From NCBI GenBank assembly GCA_913060875.1, contig CAJXSL010000001.1, positions 576,464 to 640,463 of the forward strand: a DNA stretch of 64,000 nucleotides, given 5' to 3'. This document shows, piece by piece, positions 1 through 11,600 of this stretch. A program made the position numbers and the translations under genes. This stretch comes from an uncultured Desulfobacteraceae bacterium. GTDB lineage: Bacteria; Desulfobacterota; Desulfobacteria; Desulfobacterales; UBA5852. How positions within the stretch are numbered: position 1 is the stretch's first letter; every line of letters starts with the position of its first letter. The notes beneath the pieces were generated by a model. It saw only the letters and a program-made list of their open reading frames with translations, was not told where the DNA came from and made no database searches.

Positions 1-1849
1 ACGCGACGGCGGAAACAAAAGCGGTATCCCGACCACCTTCGGCCACATCCTTTTTCACCCCGGATACATGGGCAAATGCCTGGTGTTTGTTACGGCGGTG
101 GGCCTGATGCCGGCCCGTGTGGGGGATGCGTCGGCTGATCAGAAAACCACTTCGGCCGGCGACCTGATCATCATGTGCGGCGGGCGTGTGGGCAAAGACG
201 GCATCCACGGGGTTACGGCGTCTTCGGAAATATATTCCGAGAACACCCCGGCCGGCCACGTTCAGATCGGCGATCCCTACACCCAGAAGAAAATGCATGA
301 TTTTCTGCTGGAGGCGCGGGACGAAGGCCTGATCCAGTTTATTACCGACAACGGCGGGGGCGGCCTGTCGTCTTCCATTGGGGAATCGGCCCAGTTTTCC
401 AACGGCTGCCGCGTGGACCTGGAACAGGTGCCGCTCAAGTACGAAGGCCTGGATCAATGGGAGATCTGGATTTCGGAATCCCAGGAACGGATGACGGTGG
501 CCATCCGGCCGGAAGACAGGGACCGTTTCCTGGCGCTGTCCCGCCGGCATGCGGTGGAAAGTACGGTCATCGGCAGCTACACGGATAATGGGAAGCTTCA
601 CATTCAATACGATGGCGCGACCTGTGCCTATGTTGATCTGGATTTTCTTGAATCCGGCTTTCCCCAATGGGAATTCGAAGCCGAGTGGTTGCCGCCGGAA
701 GCACGGGGCCTGCGGGAACCGGTCGTCGGACCGCCCGCGGATTACAGCCGTCTTTTGCGGGACATCCTGTCCAAGCCGAACGTGGGCTCTAAAGAATGGG
801 TGGCGCGCCAGTACGACCACGAGGTCCAGGGCGGCAGTGTGGTCAAACCCCTGGTGGGCGTGAATCGCGATGTGCCCAGCGATGCGGCCGTGATCCGGCC
901 GGTGCTGACCAGTGACCGGGGGTTGGCTTTTTCCCAGGCACTCTTGCCCACCTACTCGACCGTGGATGCCTATCACATGACCGCCTGCACGATTGACGAG
1001 GCCCTGCGCCGGGTGGTGGCCGTGGGGGGCGATATCGAGCACGTGGGCGGGGTGGACAATTTTTGCTGGCCCAATATCCAGTATCACCCTGAAAAAAATC
1101 CCGATGGCAAATTCAAGGCGGCGCAATTGGTGCGATCCTGCCGGGCACTGCGGGATATTTGTCTGGCCTATGGCATTCCGCTGCTTTCCGGCAAAGACAG
1201 CATGTACGTGGACGGCAACCTGACCGGGCGTTACGGGGTCAGCCACAAGGTATCGGCCCCGGAAACCATCCAGTTCAGTGCGATCTCCCTGGTGCCCGAT
1301 ATCGCGTGCTGCCCGACCATGGACATCAAAGCGCCCGGTGACCTGGTCTACCTGCTGGGGATGACGCGGGACGAACTAGGGGGCTCGGAGTATTACGAAC
1401 ACCTAGGCTACGTGGGCTGTCAGGTTCCCCAGGTGCGTCCCGAGGATTTCCTGCCGCTCTATCGCGCGCTGCAGGAGTCCATTGCTGATGGGCTTACGGC
1501 TTCGGTACGGGGAATCTATCGCGGGGGGCTGGCTGTCCATGCGGCTCTGGCGGCTATAGGCGGTGGTCTGGGACTGACCCTCGATTTGGGCAAAATACCC
1601 GTGGAAAAGCCGCTCCGGGAGGATAAACTGCTGTTTTCCGAGTCGGCCGGCCGTTTCCTGGTAACGGTGGCGCCGGATCAGCGCCAGGCCTTCGAAGCCG
1701 CTATGCAGGACAATACCTGGGCATGCATCGGGGTCGTGACCGAAGCCCAGCACCTGGTGGTCAACGGAATGAGTGCATCACCGCTCATCGACGTGGCCGT
1801 TGACAAACTTAAAACCGCCTGGAAAGCACCTTTTGGAGATCTGGTATGA
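1..1849 (+). CDS. purL: Phosphoribosylformylglycinamidine (FGAM) synthase subunit PurL, 5'-truncated by the window edge
   Basis: The frame of ORF 68..1849 stays open back to nt 2 (RDGGNKSGIPTTFGH...), so the gene starts upstream of the window. PurL/AIR-synthase-related motifs are present (GNKSGIPT, GGRVGKDGIHG, DNGGGGLSS). An ATGA stop/start overlap links it to the amidotransferase gene that follows. Confidence 0.9.
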   Translation, partial: RDGGNKSGIPTTFGHILFHPGYMGKCLVFVTAVGLMPARVGDASADQKTTSAGDLIIMCGGRVGKDGIHGVTASSEIYSENTPAGHVQIGDPYTQKKMHDFLLEARDEGLIQFITDNGGGGLSSSIGESAQFSNGCRVDLEQVPLKYEGLDQWEIWISESQERMTVAIRPEDRDRFLALSRRHAVESTVIGSYTDNGKLHIQYDGATCAYVDLDFLESGFPQWEFEAEWLPPEARGLREPVVGPPADYSRLLRDILSKPNVGSKEWVARQYDHEVQGGSVVKPLVGVNRDVPSDAAVIRPVLTSDRGLAFSQALLPTYSTVDAYHMTACTIDEALRRVVAVGGDIEHVGGVDNFCWPNIQYHPEKNPDGKFKAAQLVRSCRALRDICLAYGIPLLSGKDSMYVDGNLTGRYGVSHKVSAPETIQFSAISLVPDIACCPTMDIKAPGDLVYLLGMTRDELGGSEYYEHLGYVGCQVPQVRPEDFLPLYRALQESIADGLTASVRGIYRGGLAVHAALAAIGGGLGLTLDLGKIPVEKPLREDKLLFSESAGRFLVTVAPDQRQAFEAAMQDNTWACIGVVTEAQHLVVNGMSASPLIDVAVDKLKTAWKAPFGDLV

Positions 1850-2667
1850 CTGCAACCATTCGTGCCCTCGTATTGACAGGGTTCGGTCTCAACTGTGATT
1901 TGGAGACCGCCCATGCATTGGAACTGGCCGGCGCGGAAGCTGTGCGGGTCCATATCAATGCCCTGATCGACGGCTCCGCCCGCCTCGATGATTACCAGAT
2001 CCTGGCCTTCGGCGGCGGGTTCAGCTGGGGGGACGACCACGGTGCCGGCGTGCTGCAGGCCGTGCGCCTGCGTACCAACATCGGGGATCAACTGCGGGCC
2101 TTTGTTGAACGTGAACGCCTGGTCATCGGTATTTGCAATGGCTTCCAAACCCTGGTCAACCTCGGCCTGCTGCCCGGCTTTAACGGCGATTACCAGACGC
2201 GCTCGGTGGCCCTGACCTGGAACGACTGCGGCAATTTCCGCGATGACTGGGTAACCCTCAAAATCGATCCCCAATCGCCCTGTGTGTTCACCCGGGGGCT
2301 GGAGGTCTTGGATCTGCCCATTCGGCACGGCGAGGGTAAATTTTATGCGACACCGGAAGTGATCGCGAATCTGGAACGTCACCACCAGATTGCGGCCTGC
2401 TATGCCAAACCCGATGGCACGCCGGCCGACGGAGTGTTTCCGCATAATCCCAACGGCTCCCTGGAAGATATTGCCGCCATCTGCGATCCTACCGGCCGCG
2501 TATTCGGCCTCATGCCGCATCCGGAGGCCTATAACCACTGGACCAACCATCCCCTCTGGACCCGTCAGGCCGACGCCCGCCGACGGAAGGGGCAATCAGC
2601 CCTTCCGGAAGGGGTTACACCGGGCATCCAGATGTTCTGTAATGCGGTGGCCTATCTCTCGAGGTAA
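1846..2667 (+). CDS. purQ: FGAM synthase glutamine amidotransferase subunit PurQ
   Basis: 273-aa class-I amidotransferase with nucleophile elbow GICNGFQ and C-terminal MPHPE. Translationally coupled to purL. Confidence 0.9.
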   Translation: MTATIRALVLTGFGLNCDLETAHALELAGAEAVRVHINALIDGSARLDDYQILAFGGGFSWGDDHGAGVLQAVRLRTNIGDQLRAFVERERLVIGICNGFQTLVNLGLLPGFNGDYQTRSVALTWNDCGNFRDDWVTLKIDPQSPCVFTRGLEVLDLPIRHGEGKFYATPEVIANLERHHQIAACYAKPDGTPADGVFPHNPNGSLEDIAAICDPTGRVFGLMPHPEAYNHWTNHPLWTRQADARRRKGQSALPEGVTPGIQMFCNAVAYLSR

Positions 2668-3238
2668 TCGTTTCAATCCGGTTTTGGTCTTACCGCTATA
2701 GGTGTTGTTCAGGGAGGGGATCGGTAGCCATGGCACTAAAAGAAAAAGAAGGCGACACGACGCCAGCGTTGGCTTGACATCCCCCTCACCTGAAGCGGGC
2801 TGATGATAGTGTAATTACACTGCCGGGAAACCCTGGCGCCCCGGCAAGGTTACACCGGTCCCCTATCACCGATGCCCCTGCCGTGTGTTTCGATGGTATC
2901 CTCCTGATCATTGCCGAGTTTTATCTGGTTGACGGTTTCTGGTTTTGACGAACTGCAGACCAACTGTCGGGGGATGAACCCGCGACAGCCATGCCTGTAT
3001 CCGCTTCCTGCGGGCCAATCAATAGCCTACCTGGCGGGTGTTAAAAAATTTAATGGTTGATCAAGTTTTTTTATACCCAAGGGGTTTTCATCTGTCAGCA
3101 ATGTGGACTGCAGACTGGCGATAGAGGCAACGGCCGTTGAAACCGTGTTGGAAATAGATTGATATTGGTTATGGATACAGATAGTTATAATATTTGTTAG
3201 TGGATTGCAGTACCCGTCTTGCCTTTATTGGATCTTTT

Positions 3239-3254
3239 TGGAATGTGTTTTGCA
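3239..3254 (+). promoter_or_regulatory. Candidate sigma-54 (-24/-12) promoter of the minor-pilin operon
   Basis: TGGAATGTGTTTTGCA matches TGGCACG-N4-TTGCW at GG (3240-3241) and GC (3252-3253), with the canonical 10-nt spacing. It ends 37 nt upstream of ATG 3291. Confidence 0.3.
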
Positions 3255-3290
3255 GCAAATTCTGTTGTCTATTTTTCCCCGGGAGGAACC

Positions 3291-3761
3291 ATGTCACGCA
3301 ATCAAGGGTTTTCGTTGCTCGAATTAATGATCGTTATCGCCATATTCGGTATTCTGGCCGGCGTTATGACACCTTCCTTTCTACAATGGCGAGACCGTTC
3401 CAAAGTCAAGGGTGATGCATCCGAGCTGCGCGCCGTGTTTGAGTCGGCCAAGCTAAGGGCCATCAAGCACAATACCAATGTTGTCGTGACCTTCCCCGAT
3501 ACAACCTCTTACCAGGCGTTCATCGATACCAACGAAAGCGGTGCCCGGGACGCCGGCGAAGACATCCTCATCACCCGGACCCTGTCCCCTGGTGTCACCA
3601 TTACAACCAACACTTTTGCCGGTAGCGACATGGCGTTCAATCCGCGGGGAATGGCTAACGGTCCCAACAGCACCGGTTCGATTACCATGACATCACCCGG
3701 TGGCGAAAACTATCGTGTCGTCGTCAGTTCATTCGGACGTGTTCGAATTGAACGGCTCTAA
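3291..3761 (+). CDS. Prepilin-type minor pilin, GspH/FimT(FimU) family
   Basis: GGGAGG lies 4 nt before ATG 3291; the ORF-track start at 3219 adds a non-pilin leader. The N-terminus MSRNQG|FSLLELMIVIAIFGILAGV is a class III signal (G-1, F+1, E+5). First gene of a pilV-W-X-Y1-type set. Confidence 0.75.
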   Translation: MSRNQGFSLLELMIVIAIFGILAGVMTPSFLQWRDRSKVKGDASELRAVFESAKLRAIKHNTNVVVTFPDTTSYQAFIDTNESGARDAGEDILITRTLSPGVTITTNTFAGSDMAFNPRGMANGPNSTGSITMTSPGGENYRVVVSSFGRVRIERL

Positions 3762-3796
3762 GCCGCCAATTAATATAACGGTTTAAAGGAGCAGGT

Positions 3797-4210
3797 ATGA
3801 AAGGGGTTCATTCAAAACGATCGGGGGATGCCGGATTCACAATGATCGAAGTGCTGATCGGTGTCAGCATTTTCGCTATTGGTATGCTGGCGGTGGCGCG
3901 TATGCAGATGCTCACGGTGCGCAATACCACCGTCGGCAATCTGACCAGCCAGGCGACCATGCTGGCGAACCAGAAAATGGAAGAGATCAAAACCACCGCC
4001 TTTGATGATCTGGTTTCAAATGAGGTGGAAAACAATCTCGATGCCGAAGGCAACCCGGGTGGCATTTACAACCGAACGACGACGATCACGGTACCGCCCG
4101 CACCTCTCACAGACCATGCGCGGCAAGTCCAGGTTCAGGTGCAATGGAATGCCGCTCACGGCGGCAATCGTACCGTTGTCGTTGATTCGCTAACCTACGA
4201 ACGGTGGTAG
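3797..4210 (+). CDS. pilV: Prepilin-type minor pilin, PilV-like
   Basis: SGDAG|FTMIEVLIGVSIFAIGMLAV prepilin cleavage/methylation signal. 137 aa; size and position are typical of PilV. Confidence 0.7.
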   Translation: MKGVHSKRSGDAGFTMIEVLIGVSIFAIGMLAVARMQMLTVRNTTVGNLTSQATMLANQKMEEIKTTAFDDLVSNEVENNLDAEGNPGGIYNRTTTITVPPAPLTDHARQVQVQVQWNAAHGGNRTVVVDSLTYERW

Positions 4211-4212
4211 CC

Positions 4213-4875
4213 ATGAGACAATTCAATCGGATATTTCGGTTCAGGTGCTATGCGAAACATAATCGGGCCGCAGGGTTTACCCTGATTGAAGTCCTTGTGG
4301 CCATTGCCATGATCAGCGTGTTCATGGCGGCCTCCATGGCCGTCCTGATTCCCTTGAGCCGTTCTTACACGGCGACGGATGTGGCCTCCAGCGCCCAGCA
4401 GGTGGTGCGTATGGCCGTGGAGGTCATTGCCGGCGATATACGCCTGGCCGGTCTTGACCCGTTACAACAGCTCCAGGGACTCGATTCCAGTGGATTGCCC
4501 ATTTGCGGTTTTCAGGAGGCCAGTGCGACATCGGTCCGGTTTACCTGTGACCGGGTGCCGGATGGCGATGATGAGGCCAACGGCGAAATCGACGACAGCA
4601 ACTTTGAAAATATCAACTATTTCTACGATGCGGGCGCTGAAACCCTGAACCTTCGTCTTTATGCGGGAGCGCCGGTACAAACGAGTCAGGCTCTGGTCAA
4701 CAACGTCACCAATCTAAGATTTCGCTACTATGACGAAGAGGGGAACGAAACCGCAGACTTGGAAGAAATTCGCGCGGTGCAGATCAGCATGACGGTCGAA
4801 GAAGACGCCGGGGCGGAGACTCCGGTTGAACGATCTTATACCACCCGTGTGCTTTGCCGTAATATGGGGATTTAG
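4213..4875 (+). CDS. pilW: Prepilin-type minor pilin, PilW-like
   Basis: NRAAG|FTLIEVLVAIAMISVFMAA signal. ATG 4213 follows the pilV stop (4208-4210); the ORF-track GTG 4204 is less likely. About 220 aa. Confidence 0.65.
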   Translation: MRQFNRIFRFRCYAKHNRAAGFTLIEVLVAIAMISVFMAASMAVLIPLSRSYTATDVASSAQQVVRMAVEVIAGDIRLAGLDPLQQLQGLDSSGLPICGFQEASATSVRFTCDRVPDGDDEANGEIDDSNFENINYFYDAGAETLNLRLYAGAPVQTSQALVNNVTNLRFRYYDEEGNETADLEEIRAVQISMTVEEDAGAETPVERSYTTRVLCRNMGI

Positions 4876-4891
4876 ACCGAGGGAGTTTGCA

Positions 4892-5467
4892 ATGAGAGCC
4901 AAATACAATACCCCGGAATACTCTGGTAACCGCTTGGAGCGCCGAGGAGATCGGTTCCGAAAGATTTATCTTGCGAAAAATCTGGCCAATGAGAACGGTT
5001 CGGCCATTGTTATTGCCCTGATGCTCCTGTCCCTCCTGACGGTCATGGGGATTTGGTCCACCCGTAAAAGCAATGTCGAAACCCTCATTGCCGGCAACGA
5101 GGTGGCCCGCAAGCAGACCTTTTTCAGGACCGAAGGCGGTGTGATCGAAGGCGGATTTGCTATCGAGGAGGCCGCTACCGGCGACCTCGCCGCCCGGAAT
5201 TTTGATTGGCTGACCGAAGCCAGCATCGCCCCCGACATGACCGATCCGGCTAACTGGGACTTTGACGGCACTGGTGCCGATGATACGGCCGTGGCCTCGC
5301 AGATCGATAGCGAAGTCGGGTATTGTGCCCTGGATAAAGGCGTTACCGCCGGGGATTCCCTGATCATGACCGGTGCCACCCAGGTGCGAACCTATGCGGT
5401 CTACAGTTTTCATGATAGCCGGAATGGGCAGTCATTGATGGAAGTGGGATATAAAAGGCGTTTTTAA
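4892..5467 (+). CDS. pilX: PilX-like minor pilin / pilus assembly protein
   Basis: PilX_N-type hydrophobic segment NGSAIVIALMLLSLLTVMGIWS without a G|FxxxE site, as usual for PilX. Sits between the pilW-like and pilY1-like genes. ATG 4892 chosen over ORF-track 4826. Confidence 0.6.
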   Translation: MRAKYNTPEYSGNRLERRGDRFRKIYLAKNLANENGSAIVIALMLLSLLTVMGIWSTRKSNVETLIAGNEVARKQTFFRTEGGVIEGGFAIEEAATGDLAARNFDWLTEASIAPDMTDPANWDFDGTGADDTAVASQIDSEVGYCALDKGVTAGDSLIMTGATQVRTYAVYSFHDSRNGQSLMEVGYKRRF

Positions 5468-5654
5468 TGATTCTGAATGGAATAGGGCAAAGGCTTTTTC
5501 TATTTTTTTTGCAGTCATCCCTGCGAAAGCCGGGGCCGCCCCCAACATCGGGGTAAAGCGATACTGAATTCGAGTGATCGAAACGAATCGGATACAACGA
5601 CGAAATCATACGCTGCGGAACAGAACCAAGAAGATGCAGCAGGAGGAATGCAAG

Positions 5655-8600
5655 ATGATGACATCCAATATCAAAAAGAACCTGAAAGTAATCGTGTGGT
5701 TGTTTTTGACCCTTCTCTTTCTTGTGCCTTCTGTTGCGATGGCGGCCGTCAATTTCGACACTACCAGTGTGTCCGGTGATGAAGACGCCGCTGGGAATAT
5801 TATATTTATTATTACATGTCTCTCCACTGATACGACCGTTGATAGTATCATGGTGACCTATAATATTACCAATGGGAGTGCCGGCGCCGGTGATTACGCG
5901 GACACCACGGGTGGATCAGTAGTGATCCCTACAGGATCGACTTCTGCCCAGATCGTCATTGATCCTACACCGGACAACATCGTTGAACTGAACGAAACGT
6001 TTAATCTGACGTTGACCGGTGCGGCGGGCGCGCCTTCCGGCACCAGTTATCTCGGAACGACCGTAAATGCCACGGGTACGATCACGGACAACGACACGGC
6101 GACGGTTTCGATTGACGATGTGGCGGTGACCGAGGGCGGCACGGCGAGTTTTACGGTGACGCTGAGCAGCGCGGCGGGTGTGGACGTTACGGTGGATGCG
6201 GCCTCTGCTGATGGGACCGCCACGCTTGCGGGCGGTGATTTTGGCGCGGCTTCCAGTCCGGTGACGATCACGGCCGGCAGCCTGACCGGCACGGTGACGG
6301 TTCCGGTGACCGACGACGGGATCGTTGAGCCGGAAGAGACGTTTGTGGTGAACCTGACGAATCCGTCCGGTGCGGGCCTGGACGCTGGTGATATCACGTT
6401 GGCGGACGGTACGGGCGAGGCGACGATCACGGACAACGACACGGCGACGGTTTCGATTGACGATGTGGCGGTGACCGAGGGCGGCACGGCGAGTTTTACG
6501 GTGACGCTGAGCAGCGCGGCGGGTGTGGACGTTACGGTGGATGCGGCCTCTGCTGATGGGACCGCCACGCTTGCGGGCGGTGATTTTGGCGCGGCTTCCA
6601 GTCCGGTGACGATCACGGCCGGCAGCCTGACCGGCACGGTGACGGTTCCGGTGACCGACGACGGGATCGTTGAGCCGGAAGAGACGTTTGTGGTGAACTT
6701 GACGAATCCGTCCGGTGCGGGCCTGGACGCTGGTGATATCACGCTGGCGGACGGTACGGGCGAGGCGACGATCACGGACAACGACAGTGCTTCGATATCG
6801 TTTGTGAGTACGAGTATATCGGCCGCTGAGGGCTCGGGTTCAGCGACCTTCGATGTTCGTCTGGATACGGCGGTCCAGGGCGGTTTGGAACTGGCCTACA
6901 GTACTAGTGACGGCACGGCGGTGGCTCCGGGAGATTACACGGCTACAAGCTCCCCAGCGCTGGTTTTCGCCGGCACGGTGGGTGAGGTGCAGCAGATCAC
7001 GGTGCCGATCGTCAACGATGGGGTTTGGGATCCGGATGGCGAAACGTTCACGGTGAATCTGGGTGCTTTGTCGGCCATGACGGAGGCGGATCCAGCGGAT
7101 ATAACCGTTGGCGGTCCGGCCACATGTACCATTGACAATATTGATGCCGTAACGTTTACGCTCACACCACCGGCGGCAGCGGTGGATGAAGAAGCGGGCA
7201 CGCCGGCAACGTTCACGGTGACACGCACCGGTGCGGCCATCGAGGGCGGACAGAGCATTTCCATCGACTACGCCACCCAGGATGGTACGGCCCTGGACGG
7301 CGAGGATTACACCAGTACCAGTGGACAGGTCACCTTTTCGGGTACGGAGACCGAGGAACAGTTTACCGTTGCCGTTATCAACGACAACTATGTTGAGCCG
7401 GATCAGATTTTCCAGGCATTTCTGACTGATCCGGTTATAAATGAAGTGACGGTCAATGCTGCGCCAGTGGACTGCACCATTGACAGTGGGGATCAGGCCA
7501 CGGCAAGCATCACCGCTTTTCCCGCATCTGTCTCAGAGGGTTCCACAACGACGGACTATACGGTTACGCTGAGCAATCCTGTCGAGGGCGCGGGCAATGT
7601 CACGTTCAATTGGACGGCGACCAATGACGGATCGGCCGACATTGCCCAGGATCTCGACACCTCATCGGGCAGCTGTGTTACGTCCGGTTCCCCGGCAACC
7701 AGCGCCACTTTCACCGTGACGACTACGGATGACAACTATGTGGAGGGTGCGGAGGACTTCTATGTCCAACTCTCAGGTGTTACCACCACCCTCACAGCCG
7801 CTGCGGATAGTGCTGCTGCCGGCACCGAGGACATCATCTGGGCGACGGGCATCGTCGGACCGACGATCATCGATGAAAACGACCTGACCGATATCAACAT
7901 TACCCCCCTTGCATTTTCAGTCGCTGAGATGGGAGACGACTATCTCATTGCCAACCCGGCTGCCAGCATGGATATCGACATCACGGTAACCTTCGCCGAT
8001 TCGCTGACCGCGGTTCTCGGGGGCGGGGTGGTTGAGGTTTACTATGAAACCGTTCAGCTTACCGGGGCCGATGCCGCCACAAGCGGCGCGGACTACACGC
8101 CTGTGTCCGGTGGGGTGATTACCTTCAACGGCAGCGATTATTCTGTCGGAGACACGCCATCGAAAACCGTCACCATCCAGGTGCTGAACGATAAGGAGAT
8201 TGAAAACAACGAAACGTTCCAGGTTCATTTTTCACCTGGCGCTGGTGTTGCCAACCTGAGCGCAACCGATTTCACGCTCACCATCTATGACAATGACGTG
8301 GAGATCAGGCCGGTGCAGGTGAGAAACAATGGTACCATCACTATTGGTACGTCGGCACCCTGGTCGCCCTACGTGGCGGACCTTGCTGAAAACGTCGATA
8401 TCGTTCTCAATTGGGCCCACGGCCTGGATAGCTTTACAGGCGCTAACGCGCCCGCCATCGCGACGATCGGCGCATCCTCAAATACAGGTGCGACGGGTAT
8501 CGTCGGTTCCGGCGGCGAAGATGTGACCGGTAGTTACACCCACACCTGGACCGTCACAGGGGCACCCGGGGACGTCATTGATGTGGATGCCGAATTCCGC

Positions 8601-11600
8601 CATGCGATCGCTTTCAATATTGATACCAACGGTACGGCCGACATCACCCCAGGTGGCACAGATGTTACCGGTACCGGTACGCTGATCGTCAACGAAGCGG
8701 ACACGCCGGCGTTTCATTTCGAAGGTATCTACGATAGCATTAACGACCTCCAATATTGTGTCAGCAACCTTTATGTGGACGGTGCCTCCCAAGGGGCTTT
8801 GACGGATTATACGTTCAGTTCCGTCATTGATGACCATACCCTTTCGGTCGTCTTCCGCGAAAACCGGGTTACCGTCAACATCGATCCGGCCGAAGTAACC
8901 AGTGCACTACTGCCGGTGGACGAACGTGCCCAGTGGCAGATTCAGACGGTCGCGGGGACGGCGGTCACCTCTTGGACCGACAGCGGTGTTTCCGTGCCCA
9001 CGGAATGTACGTTCTCTGATTTTTACATTGTATTTAAAGAAATCCCCGGCTGGATTCACCCGGATCCGATCCCTCTCACGATCGACGCGTCCACCACGGG
9101 AGAACTGATCTATTCCGGGACCTATCTGCCCAAGACTTACATCCTGACACTCACACCGCCGGATCCTCTGGAAGGAAGCATTTCTCTTTCGCCGGAGGGT
9201 GAATCGACAGGTACGGCCAATGAGCACTCATACCAGAGCGGTACTTCGGTTGAAATTTCTGCCATCCCGGCTACCGGGTATGTTTTCTCCACCTGGACAG
9301 GTTCGGTAACCGACTCAACATCCACCATTACCGTTACTATGAACAGTGACAAGGCTATCACCGGTGTTTTCACGACACCGTCGGCCGACAATGACGGTGA
9401 CGGTTTCGACAACTCGGTGGACTGTAACGACAACGACGCGGGTATCTTCCCCGGTGCCTTGGAAATCTGCGGCGACGGGATTGACCAGGATTGTAGCGGC
9501 GCCGATGCCCCTTGTACGGGCGATGATAATGACAACGACGGTGACGGTTACACGCCCAACCAGGGGGACTGCAACGACAATGACGACACCGTTTACCCCG
9601 GCGCGTACGACATCCCCGGTGACGGTATCGACCAGGACTGCTACGGTGGTGATCGCGCTATCCAGACATCGGAAATCACTTGTGTGGTGCCGGCCGAGAC
9701 ACCCCTGGAGACCCAAGTGAAGGCCGCCCCGCCACTGGTCACCTTCCTGATAGACGACTCAGGGTCCATGGATTGGGAGTTTATGACCGCTTCAGAAAAC
9801 GGCCAGTTCCGCGATAGCGGTTCCGCCCGCAGTTACCTCTATCCGCGTTATTTTGATGGTAAGTACAACGATAATATATCCTCTTACTCGTCTTATTACT
9901 TAACGGAATCCGAGCGGCGCCTGTGGCGATCCCAGTGGACTGGCTACAACAAGCTGTACTTCAACCCGTCCACGGAATACACGCCCTGGCCGCGCTGGAA
10001 CACCCTGCCCAACACGGACGGTTCTCCGGCCGTCAACGCCGATCCGGACGACCCACGCATGAATCCGGTCAACAGCAGCCCGACCCTCGATATGAACACC
10101 ACGTTTTTCATGGTCAGCGAGCTATCTTCGGCACCGGACCAGTGGATCGAAGTGAGTACCAGCGATGGCGACAACGGCCGGCGTGTGGCGGTGGATTCCA
10201 TCCGGTTGATCAAACAGGACTCACCCGATGCCGGCTCTATCTATACGGTGGATAATGCCGACACGAATGGTCTCTGGGGCTTTTATGACGATGTGGGTAC
10301 ATACTGGAGCACCCGCAGTGACAGCGACGCCCAGGGCGGCACCTGCCGCACCCATTATTATGATGGGAGAACGGCCTACTGGTATTTGAAAATACCGCAG
10401 GGGCGCTACGATGTTCAGGTATGGGTGCCGAGCATGTGGTATCTGTCACGCTATGTGGACTACCATGCCGAGAGTACTGCTGCACTTGGCGCTGGAGAAA
10501 TTCGTGATGTCAACAATTTCAACCAGGCAACCAACTATAATGTCTGGCGGACAATTCTTACCGATGTGAATTTTGACGACAGTCAGAGCCTGACATTTAC
10601 GATTCCGGTGGCCCATTATTTCACCATCGATGACGCCAACGGCAATGGCCAGCATGATACCGGTGAAAACATCTACCTGGTGTCCATGCCGCACAACCAT
10701 GGGACCGGGGGCTCTTTTGTCTACTATCAGTTCAACGATGATGGTGATAATCTCGTGGAAGACGGTGAATTGGTGGACATTTCCAGTGCCCCCCCCGCCG
10801 GGATCATTCCGGTGGACAGCGATGGCCTTCCCCTGAGCTATAACGAAGTGCGCCAGAATTTCGCCAACTGGTATTCATTTTACCGTCGGCGCGAACTGTC
10901 GGCCAAGGCCGCCATCGGCCAGGTGATCGACCAGATCGAAGAGGTCAAGGTGGGCATGGCGGTGCTCAACAACCGCAGCTATTACAACCATACCGTCCTG
11001 CCGGTGAAAGTTAGCGGTGAGACGGACCAGACCGAGACGCTGCTCAACTGGGTCTATGCCATCAATTCCAGTGGCGGCACCCCCCTTCGTAGGGGCCTTC
11101 AGGATGTGGGCCAATACTACGACCAGCACGATGGCGGCAACGACGGCTACATGCCCGGCACGGCCCCATCGCCTTGGAGCAGTGAGGCTGCCGGCGGCGG
11201 GTGCCAGCGCGCCTTCGTCATCGCCATGACGGACGGTTACTGGAACCAGTCCGACTATACGGTGGAATCGCCCCTGCGGTATCTGAATGCCGATGCGGAC
11301 GGTGTCAACCGCGACGGCCAGGTGTCGGGTTACGACCAGGGCGTTTTCTTAGGACCCAACAATGGCAGCAGCCCCAACCTGGGCGACATCGCCATGTACT
11401 ATTATGAAAACGACCTCAACCTTGGCCTGAGCAATATGGTGCCGACCTACAAGAAGGACAACGCCCCCCACCAGCACATGGTGACCTACGGGGTAGCCTT
11501 CGGTGTCACCGGCAATTACAATCCCGATGACTATCCGGACTGTCTGCCCGAGTGCGAGCCTGGCGATATCGGTTGCCCGGATCCGGTTTGCCCGTCCTGG

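Noticed and set aside
3219-3290. Upstream start of the first pilin ORF given in the track
   Set aside because: It would add 24 non-pilin residues before the class III signal. ATG 3291 has a GGGAGG RBS and gives a canonical short leader.
6047-6781. 244-aa - strand ORF with an internal duplication
   Set aside because: Antisense shadow of the duplicated Calx-beta units in the pilY1-like gene. Its apparent repeat structure is inherited from the sense strand.
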